The notes beneath the pieces were generated by a model that saw only the letters and a program-made list of their open reading frames with translations, was not told the DNA's origin and searched no databases. Below are positions 1 through 11,744 of a stretch of DNA of 64,000 nucleotides, one piece after another. Within the stretch, counting starts at the first letter, position 1; every line of letters starts with the position of its first letter. Origin of the DNA: Eledone cirrhosa (Eukaryota); the NCBI GenBank assembly GCA_964016885.1, contig OZ024742.1, positions 362,824,001 through 362,888,000 of the forward strand, in the 5' to 3' direction. The position numbers and the translations under genes were made by a program.

Positions 1-5
1 GGATC

Positions 6-36
<31 letters not shown>

Positions 37-216
37 TTAATACATTAACAGAGAAAGCTTTAAGCTATACTCTGACTGGCTTCCATCTCACTCAACAAAC
101 ATTAGGATATACCTTAGTATAATCCCAATTTTACGTTTGGGGTGCTAACTATATGTATTTTGCGAATAGCCAGTTGTATTATTTTATATGAGACATAATT
201 AAAATACATCTCCCTT

Positions 217-329
217 TCCAAACAATTGTTTCATTATAAGTTTTCTGGGAAAAATGTGTCCAGGTTATGTAGAAGCCTACATAGTCCGTAGGAATATATG
301 CAGGTGGGCACTTATAAATCATCAGTGGA
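217..329 (-). ncRNA. Type I hammerhead ribozyme motif with long stem II
   Basis: Minus strand reads UCCA-CUGAUGA-U-UUAUAAGU...ACUUAUAA-U-GAAAC-AAUU-GUU-UGGA: stem I UCCA/UGGA, intact core, palindromic stem III, GUU site. Confidence 0.75.
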
Positions 330-400
330 TGCCCGTCAAACATCGATATAAAAAACTTTGGTTTAATATTGGTTTAATCCTGATATATGTATACATACAT

Positions 401-441
<41 letters not shown>

Positions 442-667
442 ATGTATGTATACATATATCAGGATTAAACCAATATTAAACACTAGTGACATTATTATTG
501 AACAGAATATTCGATACTTGAGATTGTAAAGTGTGACTATATTAGAAAGAGTAGGGGTAGGACGGGTGATTTCTTGTCGTTTTAATGGCTAGGTCCAGTC
601 TAGAAGAAGATGAAGACACAGCAAGAGTTCAGCCGCCAGGCACTGACTCTTTCTAAGACACACACAG

Positions 668-759
<92 letters not shown>

Positions 760-790
760 CCACACACACGCACACACACACACACCCGCG

Positions 791-821
<31 letters not shown>

Positions 822-825
822 TTAT

Positions 826-1430
826 ATAATTGAATATAAAAGAGAGATAAACACAGATATAAACATATATGTGTTCAAATCGTAAGGGACCAGATTCGCT
901 AGGGTGAAAAAATAACTAACGTACATGGCATCAGAACCTAGCGTGTCTCATAAACGTACGCTACTAAAAATAGCACCCAAGTTTGCACGACGTTTAAATT
1001 AGCTCAACATAATTTGCCATGTGCGTTATTTTATATATGCACACTATTCAGTCTTTTGAGATACTTAGAAATGAAGGTATTACTAATTTTATACCCCATG
1101 ACGAGCAAAGAATTGGTAATTTCCTTCACTAAAATTGCGAAACAGCCAACCAAAGCTGTCTGGGTGTTCCGGCAGTTGCCCACTATAGGTTTGTATTTCT
1201 TTTTCTTGCTTTATTATTTTAAATTGAGTCTGGCAAACCATATTGTTAAGAGTTAGTTTATTTTTCACCATAGCGAATCTGTTCCCTTACGATTTGAACA
1301 CATGTATGTTTATATCTTTGTTTATCTCTCTTTTATATAATTATATTGCACGTGTCAGAAAAACGTCTTTCTTTGAGCTATTTAATTGTAAGAGACTATT
1401 TTGAGTTTCTAACTCAATATATACCTTTGA
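826..1430 (+). mobile_element. Non-coding fold-back element (PLE-terminus-like) flanked by (TA)n
   Basis: Inverted arms about 826-920 and 1252-1342, plus an extra tail about 1343-1430. Internal HHR at 1091-1167. Same family at 11518-11722. Confidence 0.7.
1091..1167 (+). ncRNA. Hammerhead ribozyme motif, core C3 changed to A
   Basis: AUACCCC-AUGACGA-GCAA...UUGC-GAAACAGC-caaccaaa-GCUGUC-UGGGUGU. Confidence 0.65.
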
Positions 1431-1464
1431 TAAGTATATACATATATATATATATATATATATC

Positions 1465-1620
1465 ATGTTAATATTGAAATGGCTTCCAAAAGACTAGAAC
1501 TGTATAATTCAAAAGAAATAATCAGGAAAGCCATTTCTATATTAAACATAATGTTTACTCTCTCCTAATGTATTGAGTACCTTACTTACTGTGGTCCCCC
1601 CGGTTGAACCCAAGACTCAC
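1465..1620. mobile_element. Mini fold-back of a PLE terminal repeat with decayed HHR (1481-1532, minus)
   Basis: Homologous to 11371-11501 and 29190-29270. The inverted arms meet at HHR stem I. Confidence 0.65.
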
Positions 1621-1627
1621 CCCCCCC

Positions 1628-1701
<74 letters not shown>

Positions 1702-1980
1702 TATATATATACACACACATATATATATATATATATATATGGTTACTAATTTAAATGATAAGGCCAGGAGTAGATGGGTTGTATATTATCCATCCTGGAT
1801 GATGGAAGGCAAATTTGATGACAGTGTGATTTAAACTGAGAATGTGGACAGCCGGAATAAGTCCCTCAGATCAGTTCGTACCACACACTAATGATTCTTC
1901 CTGTCCACTTCCCATTGTACACTCTCAAGTATATAGTATAGATAGCTATAGATAGATCAAACAGTATACAGTTATAAATG

Positions 1981-1981
1981 T

Positions 1982-2013
<32 letters not shown>

Positions 2014-2030
2014 AGAGAGAGAAAGAGAGA

Positions 2031-2106
<76 letters not shown>
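1981..2106. repeat. (GA)n microsatellite
   Basis: Direct reading; one of dozens of (TA)n, (CA)n and (GA)n arrays in the window. Confidence 0.95.
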
Positions 2107-2109
<3 letters not shown>

Positions 2110-2199
2110 GGTGTGAGCAATATACTGGAGTTAATTCTACTGACTACACTAATTTCTCTCCAGGAAAAGTAAACAGGAAATGACCTTCTATTTTATTGA

Positions 2200-2210
2200 C
2201 AATAACAACG

Positions 2211-2248
<38 letters not shown>

Positions 2249-2300
2249 AATAATAATAATAATAATAATAGTAATAATAATACTAATATTAATAATAATA
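2200..2300. repeat. (AAC)n(AAT)n compound microsatellite
   Basis: Direct reading. Confidence 0.95.
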
Positions 2301-3122
2301 AAATAATGATAATAAAAATAATGGTAATAAATGCAGCAACGAATAAAAGAAAGGACCAAAATTACAAACAAATGATAGAAACAAAGACAAAAAAAAAAAA
2401 AAAAAAATCGATATTTAAATGACTTGCTGACAGTGAGGTCGAAAGTAAAACTGTCAACTATAATAATATTGGTGAATTGCTAGAATTGGAAATTTGAGTC
2501 TTTGAGTCTTGATTAAGGAAATATCATTTCGTCTTTTTATTTTCTTCTGCTAAAATATCTCAGGAATATATCGTAAAATTGAAAATACCATGGCAGCCAT
2601 CAGGTTTTTTGTTTTACGTTTCTCAAATAAGTCACTTTTTCTGTACTTTGCAAAGCACACACAAACACACACGTACTCACACACACACACGCACACACAC
2701 TCTCATACACAGTGACACTCACACATGTGCACACACACACTTACACACACAAGCATACATAGACACACTCTCATACACTCATACACCCCCCCGCCACAAA
2801 CATGCATACATAGACACACACTCACACATGCATACATACACACATGCATACATATGTGCATACACACACACACTCACATTAATGCACACACAGACATACA
2901 CACATCCACACACATGCATACATAAACACATTCACACACAATCATACATAGACCCACACACATACATAGAGCCACACACACACATACACACACACACACA
3001 CACATGTCTACATAACCCCACATATAACATTGTGTAGAAACTATATACACACAGTCGAAACAAATCATCATAAAATTGAAAATGAAAAGACATCTTTTTA
3101 CTTCAGTTTTGAAAATATGTCA

Positions 3123-3322
3123 NNNNNNNNNNNNNNNNNNNNNNNNNNNNNNNNNNNNNNNNNNNNNNNNNNNNNNNNNNNNNNNNNNNNNNNNNNNNNN
3201 NNNNNNNNNNNNNNNNNNNNNNNNNNNNNNNNNNNNNNNNNNNNNNNNNNNNNNNNNNNNNNNNNNNNNNNNNNNNNNNNNNNNNNNNNNNNNNNNNNNN
3301 NNNNNNNNNNNNNNNNNNNNNN
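3123..3322. other. Assembly gap, 200 N
   Basis: Run of N. Confidence 1.
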
Positions 3323-3534
3323 CATGACACATATTTTATAGTACATACATACACAGTAGGGGAAATCTTCACCATTACACAAATGAGAGGAGAATTTGTT
3401 TTATTAAATGAAACACTAAATATGATTACATGTATTTTTCTACCTTCGATGTTTTCTTTTCGTTTAAGTTTTATTATGACCAAAAGAAAATAGAAACATG
3501 AGAATGAATACTTTTTTTCACTTGTTGAACGAAA

Positions 3535-3860
3535 GGAAGGCAGAATCGTTAGAATGTCGTATAGAATGCTGTGCGGTATTCGTTTTAACTCTCAGATCTC
3601 TGCGTTCAAATCCAACCAAGGTCAACTTTGCCTTTCATCCATCCAAGGTCGATAAAAATGTACCAGTCTACATAATGTGGTCAATTCTTCCTCTATATCC
3701 CTTTCTCACTTCTGTTCTCTCTCTCTCTCTCTATCGTTCTCTAGAAGATATCTGTTGTATTCAGACCTGGAGGGGAAATGGGCTTCACCAGGTTATAACC
3801 TAGAAACGCTGTATGTCAATACTGCGTCCCCGAGACTCCCTCAGGAGTTTCGGGACTAAG
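3535..3860 (+). mobile_element. Diverged tRNA-derived SINE with extended 3' segment
   Basis: GGCAGAATCGTTAG A-box, GTTCAAATCC B-box and TTTGCCTTTCATCC..GGTCGATAAA core. The 3' extension is shared with 17780-18075, 39270-39560 and 49640-49990(-). Confidence 0.65.
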
Positions 3861-4297
3861 AATAAACCAAATGAAGGCGGCAAAAGATCAGAGTCGTAAG
3901 AATGCTGGATAGAATTCTTTATCTGAGAGGTCAGCTGTGACTTTCATCCTTTCCAGTTCAATAAATAATGTACAAGATCAACACGGGCAGTGATTTTTAT
4001 ATATATTTCTCACTCTCTTTCTTTCTCTTTCTTTCTCAATATCTCTTTTACTGGAGAAATCAGCTGAGCGTGATGGGTGATTGGAAATTCATATGCTCCA
4101 GACGGTGCACCTAAGAGTCAACCAGGAAATGAGGGCCCGTGAACAAAGACATATGCCATCAAGTCATGTTTATTTTATTATGCTAGACAAGACTTAGATT
4201 CACAGCGCCATTTATATTAGACGCAGTTAAACTTATTCTGGAAAACAACACTTTCTTCTTCAATGGAAATAATTACATCCAAATTAGAGGCACAGCG

Positions 4298-5458
4298 ATG
4301 GGAACGAAGTTTGCTCCCGTTTACGCGAAGTCTGTAATGGGATACTTAGAACAACAACTCTACCAAGAAATAGAGAAAAAATATAGTACTGACTTTAGAA
4401 AGTACATTGAACAATCTTGGAAGAGATACCTTGACGACTGTTTCATCATCTGGACAGAATCTCTAGATACTCTGGATGAGTTCAATATCCTCCTGAATAA
4501 CCTACATCCATCTCTCCAATTCACAAAAGAGATGAGTAGGACCAAATTACCATTCCTAGATATAATGATAATAAAAAACGACACCACCATTACCACGGAT
4601 ATATATTATAAACACACAGACACCCATCAATATCTGAATTTTAAGTCGTGCCATCCACCTCATACAAAACGTAACATCCCATACTGCCTAGCCAGAAGAA
4701 TTTGTACCATTTTAGAATATACGAATACCAGGTACAAACGCCTAACAGAACTGAGAGAATGTTTGCTCAAACAAAAATACCCATCTCTACTTATAGAAAA
4801 TGGCATACAACGGGCTATAAAAATACCTATACAACAACTTAGGACAACCCAAGGAAGAAGAAACCAAGAACTGGTCATACCATTTATAATGACACACAAC
4901 CCATGTCACCAGAATAACTTCAACACTGCCAAAGCAAACCTACCGATCATTGCTCAAAGTAATGAATTAAAAGGCTTAATCACAGATCGATCTTTGACTC
5001 TTAGTAAAAGACAGCCAAAAAATTTCAAGCAATTACTAACAAAAGCAAAGTTTGACCTTAACAACAAAGACCAATCATTCACTGTATCAAAATGCAATGA
5101 TAGTCGATGCGGCACATGTCAATCCATACACGCCGGTCAATATATGAAAACAAAAACTGGAAAAATATTCCCAAATGCAAATATGAACTGCAAAAGCAGA
5201 AATCTAATTTACTGCATTAAATGCCCGAATTGTGAAGAACTATATGTCGGTCAAACTGGAAATGCACTATCGGAACGTGCACGAGTACACCGTAAGCAAA
5301 TCAGAGACCCAAATGTCCGTCAGTTACCCCTAAGTAACCATCTAGCAACATGTGGTCAGGGAATATTTATAATATTCCCATTCTACAAATTACACAGCCC
5401 AAGTGAAATCAAGAGAAAAATCAAAGAAAATAATTTTATTGATAAATTCAAACCCTAG
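4298..5458 (+). CDS. PLE reverse transcriptase / GIY-YIG endonuclease ORF, partial (frame continues upstream to about 4200)
   Basis: 386-aa open frame with the motifs above. The stop falls just before the expected C-terminal LN motif, so it is probably a pseudogene. Confidence 0.8.
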   Translation: MGTKFAPVYAKSVMGYLEQQLYQEIEKKYSTDFRKYIEQSWKRYLDDCFIIWTESLDTLDEFNILLNNLHPSLQFTKEMSRTKLPFLDIMIIKNDTTITTDIYYKHTDTHQYLNFKSCHPPHTKRNIPYCLARRICTILEYTNTRYKRLTELRECLLKQKYPSLLIENGIQRAIKIPIQQLRTTQGRRNQELVIPFIMTHNPCHQNNFNTAKANLPIIAQSNELKGLITDRSLTLSKRQPKNFKQLLTKAKFDLNNKDQSFTVSKCNDSRCGTCQSIHAGQYMKTKTGKIFPNANMNCKSRNLIYCIKCPNCEELYVGQTGNALSERARVHRKQIRDPNVRQLPLSNHLATCGQGIFIIFPFYKLHSPSEIKRKIKENNFIDKFKP

Positions 5459-5867
5459 CTAAATGAACAATAATAATGCTTAGGGGTATTACTTCTACTA
5501 TGACTATGACTACGACCATGTCGACTACGACCACTAACAACAACAACAACAACAATAATAATAATAATAATAATAAAAGTGATGTTGATGGTGATGATTA
5601 CTAGAAAATGCTATTTTCATCATTTCTAAAAATAGCAAAACAATTGATGCTTTGGATAGGATCAATTAGTGGTCGTTAGACATGCTCAACCAACCGTGAC
5701 GCCTAAACCAATCAGCTTTAGTAATTCAGTGAAACTACACACCGATTGGTCGAAATACAGTTTGCAAGATTTAGCATTCTGGAGCCACTTTTCACTGTAT
5801 ATAAGGTACACAATTTACCCATCTCATTACAGTTGAAAATTGCAAACTTGACTGTTACCACACATTA

Positions 5868-5906
5868 TGAACCTGAAGATTGCGAAAGCATGAAAGTACT
5901 TGTTCA
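5868..5906 (+). ncRNA. Minimal type I hammerhead ribozyme
   Basis: UGAAC-CUGAAGA-U-UGC gaaa GCA-U-GAAAG-UA-CUU-GUUCA, with palindromic AAGUACUU. Confidence 0.75.
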
Positions 5907-6049
5907 ATTAACACTTAACATTTAATATTCTATCATACTATTTCATTATAATACCATTATAAATTTTAAAGGATTGTTAATAAAACGAGTAAATCAGACA
6001 AAGTTGGAATTCCTCTTATTAATTTAATCTTCTATACACAATCATACAC

Positions 6050-6135
<86 letters not shown>

Positions 6136-6141
6136 TCTCTC

Positions 6142-6242
<101 letters not shown>

Positions 6243-6261
6243 ATACATATATATATATATA

Positions 6262-6463
6262 TTAGAAAGTGAGGTTTTTTTTTACAAAATGAGAAAAAAC
6301 GAGGTGTCCTACACGAGTGAAAGTATAAGGAAAAAAGATGAAATCGAAAATGCAACTGGAGTATTTTTTTAAAAATATATTTATTTGGTTCCTTTACCGG
6401 TTTCGCAGTTCTTGTGATTTTCAAAAGTAGAGTTGAGATGGAGGGTTTGTGGATTTTCTCAAT
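6262..6463 (-). mobile_element. Solo PLE-terminus-like repeat with U3-A8 minimal HHR (6391-6428) in (TA)n
   Basis: Homologous to 35528-35742, 57039-57245 and 62760-63800. Confidence 0.75.
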
Positions 6464-6489
6464 ATACATATAACAAATATATATATATA

Positions 6490-6690
6490 ACAAAGAAAGT
6501 GTGGTAAGATACCAGGTGGACCATAATGCACCAGAGTACTCAATACTTAGGGTAGTAGAGTGGATAATAGGAAACGAGTCATGACCCCCAGCGGCTGAGC
6601 TCCGGACGGTTCGATAGCTAGATCCGAACAGGATCTCGCTGTCGAAACGGCCGGAGCTCAGCCGTCGGGATGCTGACTCTCTTCCTATAC
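6490..6690. mobile_element. Mini fold-back of a PLE terminal repeat (family of 43976-47395)
   Basis: Left part matches 43976-44100. Arms are inverted about HHR stem II; GAAACGGC-cggagctca-GCCGUC stem III is retained. Confidence 0.7.
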
Positions 6691-6715
6691 ATACATACAC
6701 ACACACGCACACACA

Positions 6716-6816
<101 letters not shown>

Positions 6817-7148
6817 GTATAATACAAAAGCGGTATCCAAGGTTTCAAGGCTTAATATTGATCATATGTCCAGAAGGCAAGCTGGATCAAATGTGTGACT
6901 TAATCTTCAGGCGGGAATACGAGTTTATAAGATAGTGCTTGAGGATTAGTTCACAATTTTCACATCTCTAACATTATGGAGATATGATCAATATTGGGCC
7001 TTGAAACCTTAGCCACCTCATTCTGTGTATGAACATAAACATAATATATTTCAGCACTTTTCACGATTGAGCAGATTTCCTTTTTCCTTTTCACATCTAC
7101 GGATATTGCTACACACACACACAAACACACACAGACACACTTACACAC

Positions 7149-7192
<44 letters not shown>

Positions 7193-8558
7193 AAAACAAA
7201 TAACGAAACGAAATTAAATTTCGTTTCGTTTGTAACTCACTTTTGTATGACTGACGCTTAAACAATTAAGTTAAAAATGTACATCTACATATGCATACTG
7301 AAATACTAGTGTGTATATGAATACACATACGTATACATATGTAGGTGTACCAAGTTTTTCACTGGTCGCTTTACAGTGAGCGGCCCAGCTATTCTGTATG
7401 TAAACACACAGACAAACCGGTTTTTAGAGTCATACTGGTTTTTCGGGGGAACACCTTCCCCCTATTCTCCAGAAAGCCAGACAAGGAATATTGAACTAGT
7501 TTCGTTGTTGTTACAACTCATCAGCAATATTTACCTATCTACCGGCCTTTCTGGAGAATTGTAAAAGCACATATCGTTATATGCTTTTTCCATGAAAATT
7601 AGTAGTGGGCAGACTAATTTGCATAGAGTGTGAGTACGCACCGGTTCAGCGGAGACGATAAAAACAAATAACGAAACGAAATTAAATTTCGTTTCGTTTG
7701 TAACTCACTTTTGTATGACTGACGCTTAAACAATTAAGTTAAAAATGTACATCTGTATTCTCGTCGTATTTTTTTAAATGGCAGAGCTTATCTAAAACTA
7801 TTTGATATTCAAGTGAGATAAATACCCATCACATTGTTATTGTCGTTGTTGATGTTGGTGTTGTAGTTGATGTTGTTATCGTGGTTGACGTTGATGTTAT
7901 TGTTGCAGTTTATTCCGTTATTTGTTTGTTAATGGGGTGTTGTTGGGGATGGTGGGGCGTCTGAAATTCCCAAATGTGAATTCTTGGAAAGAAAGTATTT
8001 TTCAGAAATTGAATTTTGCTTCTATCAATATCTATATTATCTTCATATTAGTATTTGTATTATCTAGAAAATATAATATGTTAATAAGTGATGTTGTAAA
8101 CCAAGAAATACGCTGTGCTGAACACTAATACGTCGAAATCTTCTACACATGTTCACACAAATTAAATGTAATACAAAATGTTTCGATTAAAAATACTGTA
8201 GAAAATTCTAAATAAATATGATTATCATTTGAAGTGCATCATGAGTGTACGGGACAAATGAATTCATGCGTTAAAGCCTCAGAATTAGCTATATTTATAT
8301 AACAGTGCACAACATAAATATATTAGAAGACATGACATAATATCAATGGTGAATGATGGGTTATCAGCGAGGATGTCCTCTGTCTAACGATAGAAATATA
8401 AGATTTTGCTGTAATATGAAGGAAAAATTCACACGTACTCAGAACATTTTGATCAAAATCCAAAGAATCTGTTAAACATACACACATACAAGCATACACA
8501 CATATATGCATAAACCTACAGATACAAAGACACACACACACACACACACAAACACACA

Positions 8559-8657
<99 letters not shown>

Positions 8658-9312
8658 TTGTTTCTAAACTCTGCCAGTTGCAGGCCGGAATCATTGGAGT
8701 AGATAACAAAAGACAAACACAAATATAACATCAAAACTCTGTCACAAGACGATTAGGAGGATAATATGGAAGGCTAGATAAGTATAATTATCAACAGAGG
8801 CGGAAGAACCTATGAAAAATAGGAGAAGATAAATGCAATAAAATTTAGGAGCAGATAAAAGCATTAAAATTAAGCATTAAAAATTAAATAAAATCATTAA
8901 AAGCATTAAAAAAGCATTAAAAATAAGCATTAAAAATGAAAGCATTAAAAAACCTGCTGTCACAGAAAAATTATAAAATATGCTGCTAGAGAAAAGTTAA
9001 GTAGAGTGAAAAACATATATCTTAAGTAGTTAAAAGAATTAATATAAATTAAAAAATATAAATTTAAAAATACATCTCCAAAAAATATGTTTAGTAATAC
9101 ATTTGTGCTAGGATGAAAGGATCGTAAGTGATTAAATGTTTTAAACACTCTTTGATTGTTATTTATAAAGTATTTCGGCTCTGTAATATACTTGTTATTT
9201 TACATTGAGATATTTTCATACTCCTAATGGGGCAATATCTATTATTAACGACATTATATATATATATTTATACTTATATTCGTATAAATATATATATACA
9301 TATATACATACG

Positions 9313-9374
<62 letters not shown>

Positions 9375-9459
9375 CACCCATACACACACATACATATATA
9401 CATACATATATACATACACACACACAGAAATATATGTATATATATATATATATATATAT

Positions 9460-10063
9460 AAGAGAGTATTGAAGTTTGCTTAAAATATTGTGGAATAATA
9501 ACATATATTTTCTTTAGGTCGTTTTGGAAGCCTCAACAGTGCAAATGGGTAATTCTCCGGGTAACAAGATCCGGTTGTGAAGAGAGAGATGTAAGTGAAT
9601 ATAAAATGAGATGTATAGTGTGTAGAAGAAGGTAGGAAAGAGTGTAAAAAATAAAAATAAAAACACAAGAGATTTAATTGTCCCTATATATTTCGGATTC
9701 ACATCCATCAACTGGGGGAGGGGGGGTTATCTGTCGGATAGGTGAGAAACGTGTCCTCCGCTGTTCGTTGTTTTGAATATCTGAGGTATTCAGCAGAGCG
9801 CGCGCGTGAAATGGGGTCGGTCAAGCAGAGGTCGGCGGCCGAAATAGTTCTCTTAATTGTGGGAGTGGGGTGGCGTTAGCTGTCAATCCATTGTATTATC
9901 TGCCCGTGCTGGTTTCTGTATTAGCAGTGTTGAATAGTGTGTGGTGGTGGTAGTATTCTCTGCCTGAGAATAGGCAGAGAATACTTCACCACCGGATCTT
10001 GTTACCCGGAGAATTACCCATCTGCATTGTTGAGGCTTCCAAAACATCCTAAAGAAAATATAT
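9460..10063 (-). mobile_element. Non-coding fold-back element with decayed HHR (9682-9717)
   Basis: Inverted arms about 9505-9582 and 9984-10063; perfect hairpin 9953-9986. Minus strand reads CCC-CAGUUGA-U-GGAU guga AUCC-GAAAUAUAUA-GGG. (TA)n on both sides. Confidence 0.6.
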
Positions 10064-10087
10064 CATATATATATATGTATATATATA

Positions 10088-11258
10088 GTTTTGCGAGATT
10101 TTTTATATGAAATCGTGTGTCGAAACAAATATTGTTATACTTGGGGAGGGTCATATTTGTGTAATATTGCCAGAATTAATAACAGAACACACTCACTGTT
10201 TGGTTGGTTTTCGCTTTTCGCTTCTGTGTCTTTTATATCGGTTAATTTAATTTATTCGGTCCTCAATGTTGCCAGGAGCCACCATAAAATCGCAGATCAG
10301 CAAAACCTACCCTTTTAAGAAAACCCACTGTACTAATAGGAAATGTATCATATGTAAAGTAACCCCCCGGATAAACTGTCAAACTAGAAACGTAGTCTAT
10401 AGCATAAGATGTACAGAGGGTACTTGCAGAAACATGACAACAACATACATAGGCGAGACAGCTCGTAGCATAGGTGAAAGGATAGACCAACACTGGGGGG
10501 AACTAAAAGGACGAAAAAAACGGTTCAGTTATATACGAACATGCCAGACAACAACACGGCGGTAACATAGACAACATAGAAATTAGAATAATATCTAAAC
10601 ATAGAAATGACCCGGCAGTTAGGCAAATCAGAGAGGCCAGTGAAATAGAACTTAGAAGGTCAAAGCTAAACAGGAAAAATGAATGGCATAACAACACCCA
10701 CACAAACAACACTGACCTAAGAGAAGTATAAATAAATAAATAAATAAATAGATAAATAAATAAATAAATACATACACAAGCACAATAACAATAAACACAT
10801 ATAAACACACACTAATAAAGTTAGAATACATTAACCAATACACAGTCACCCAAACACGAACACACTACAAACAAAACACTATACACACACGCAAACGCAT
10901 GCGCAAAGAAGACAAAAAAAATAAAATAAACAAATAAATAAATATATAAACAGACTAAATAAAGATGGCGTAGACATACAATGCAACGGGAGGAAACAAT
11001 AGCACCACTGACGGGGTTGCAGATGTGCAACGAAAGAACTTTGATAGACTATATATATATATGTGTTTGTGTCTATATTGTATCTATATTTTTGACCGTT
11101 GGTCAGTCAATGGCAAGATTGAGGACGGAATAAATTAAATTAACCGATATAAAAGACACAGAAGCGAAAAGCGAAAACCAACCAAACAGTGAGTGTGTTC
11201 TGTTATTAATTCTGGCAATATTACACAAATATGACCCCCCCCCCCCCCAGTATAACAA
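10088..11258 (+). mobile_element. PLE 3' fragment (GIY-YIG) with inverted terminal copy
   Basis: CTNRKCIIC..VVYSIRC..YIGETARSIGERIDQH at about 10268-10690. Arms 10125-10267 and 11118-11260 are inverted. Decayed HHR at 11004-11045. Confidence 0.85.
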
Positions 11259-11327
11259 TATATATATATATATATATATATAGGTACACACATACACACA
11301 CATACATATATATATACATATATACAT

Positions 11328-11370
<43 letters not shown>

Positions 11371-11372
<2 letters not shown>

Positions 11373-11501
11373 TAAGTTATTCCGGGTTGAATCGGAGGTA
11401 ACCACAGTAAGTAAGGTACTCAGTACATAGCAGAGTATAGAAGTTTTAATATAGATGAGATTCTACAGGACTAGAACTGTTTCATTCTTTAGAAATCATC
11501 A
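11371..11501 (-). mobile_element. PLE terminal fragment with HHR truncated at the core
   Basis: Minus strand UGAUGA-U-UUC uaaa GAA-U-GAAACAG-uucuaguc-CUGUA; bounded by (TA)n on both sides. Confidence 0.7.
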
Positions 11502-11517
11502 TATATATATATATATA

Positions 11518-11722
11518 TCAAAGGTATATATTGAGTTAGAAACTCAAAATAGTCTCTTAAAATTAAATAGCTCTAGGAAAGAGATTTTTCTGAGCCGTAT
11601 ATTATAATTGAATATAAAAGAGAGATAAACACAAATATATACATATATGTTTCACCCTAACGAACTTGGTCCCTTACGATTTGAACACATATATGTATAT
11701 ATCTGTGTTTATCTCTCTTTTA
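11518..11722. mobile_element. Mini fold-back, family of 826-1430
   Basis: Inverted tail plus arm at 11518-11650, opposite arm at 11650-11722; (TA)n flanks. Confidence 0.7.
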
Positions 11723-11744
11723 TATATATATATATATATATATA

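Larger units (their letters stand above)
4190..6040 (+). mobile_element. 5'-truncated Penelope-like element (Neptune-like) with 3' terminal HHR
   Basis: RT motifs GTAMG, WKRYLDD, LPFLD, SCHP; Cys-rich linker; GIY-YIG (LIYCI..YVGQT); HHR at 5868. Confidence 0.9.

Noticed and set aside
8855-8952. AAAGCATTAA irregular repeats
   Set aside because: A degenerate AT-rich minisatellite with no further structure.
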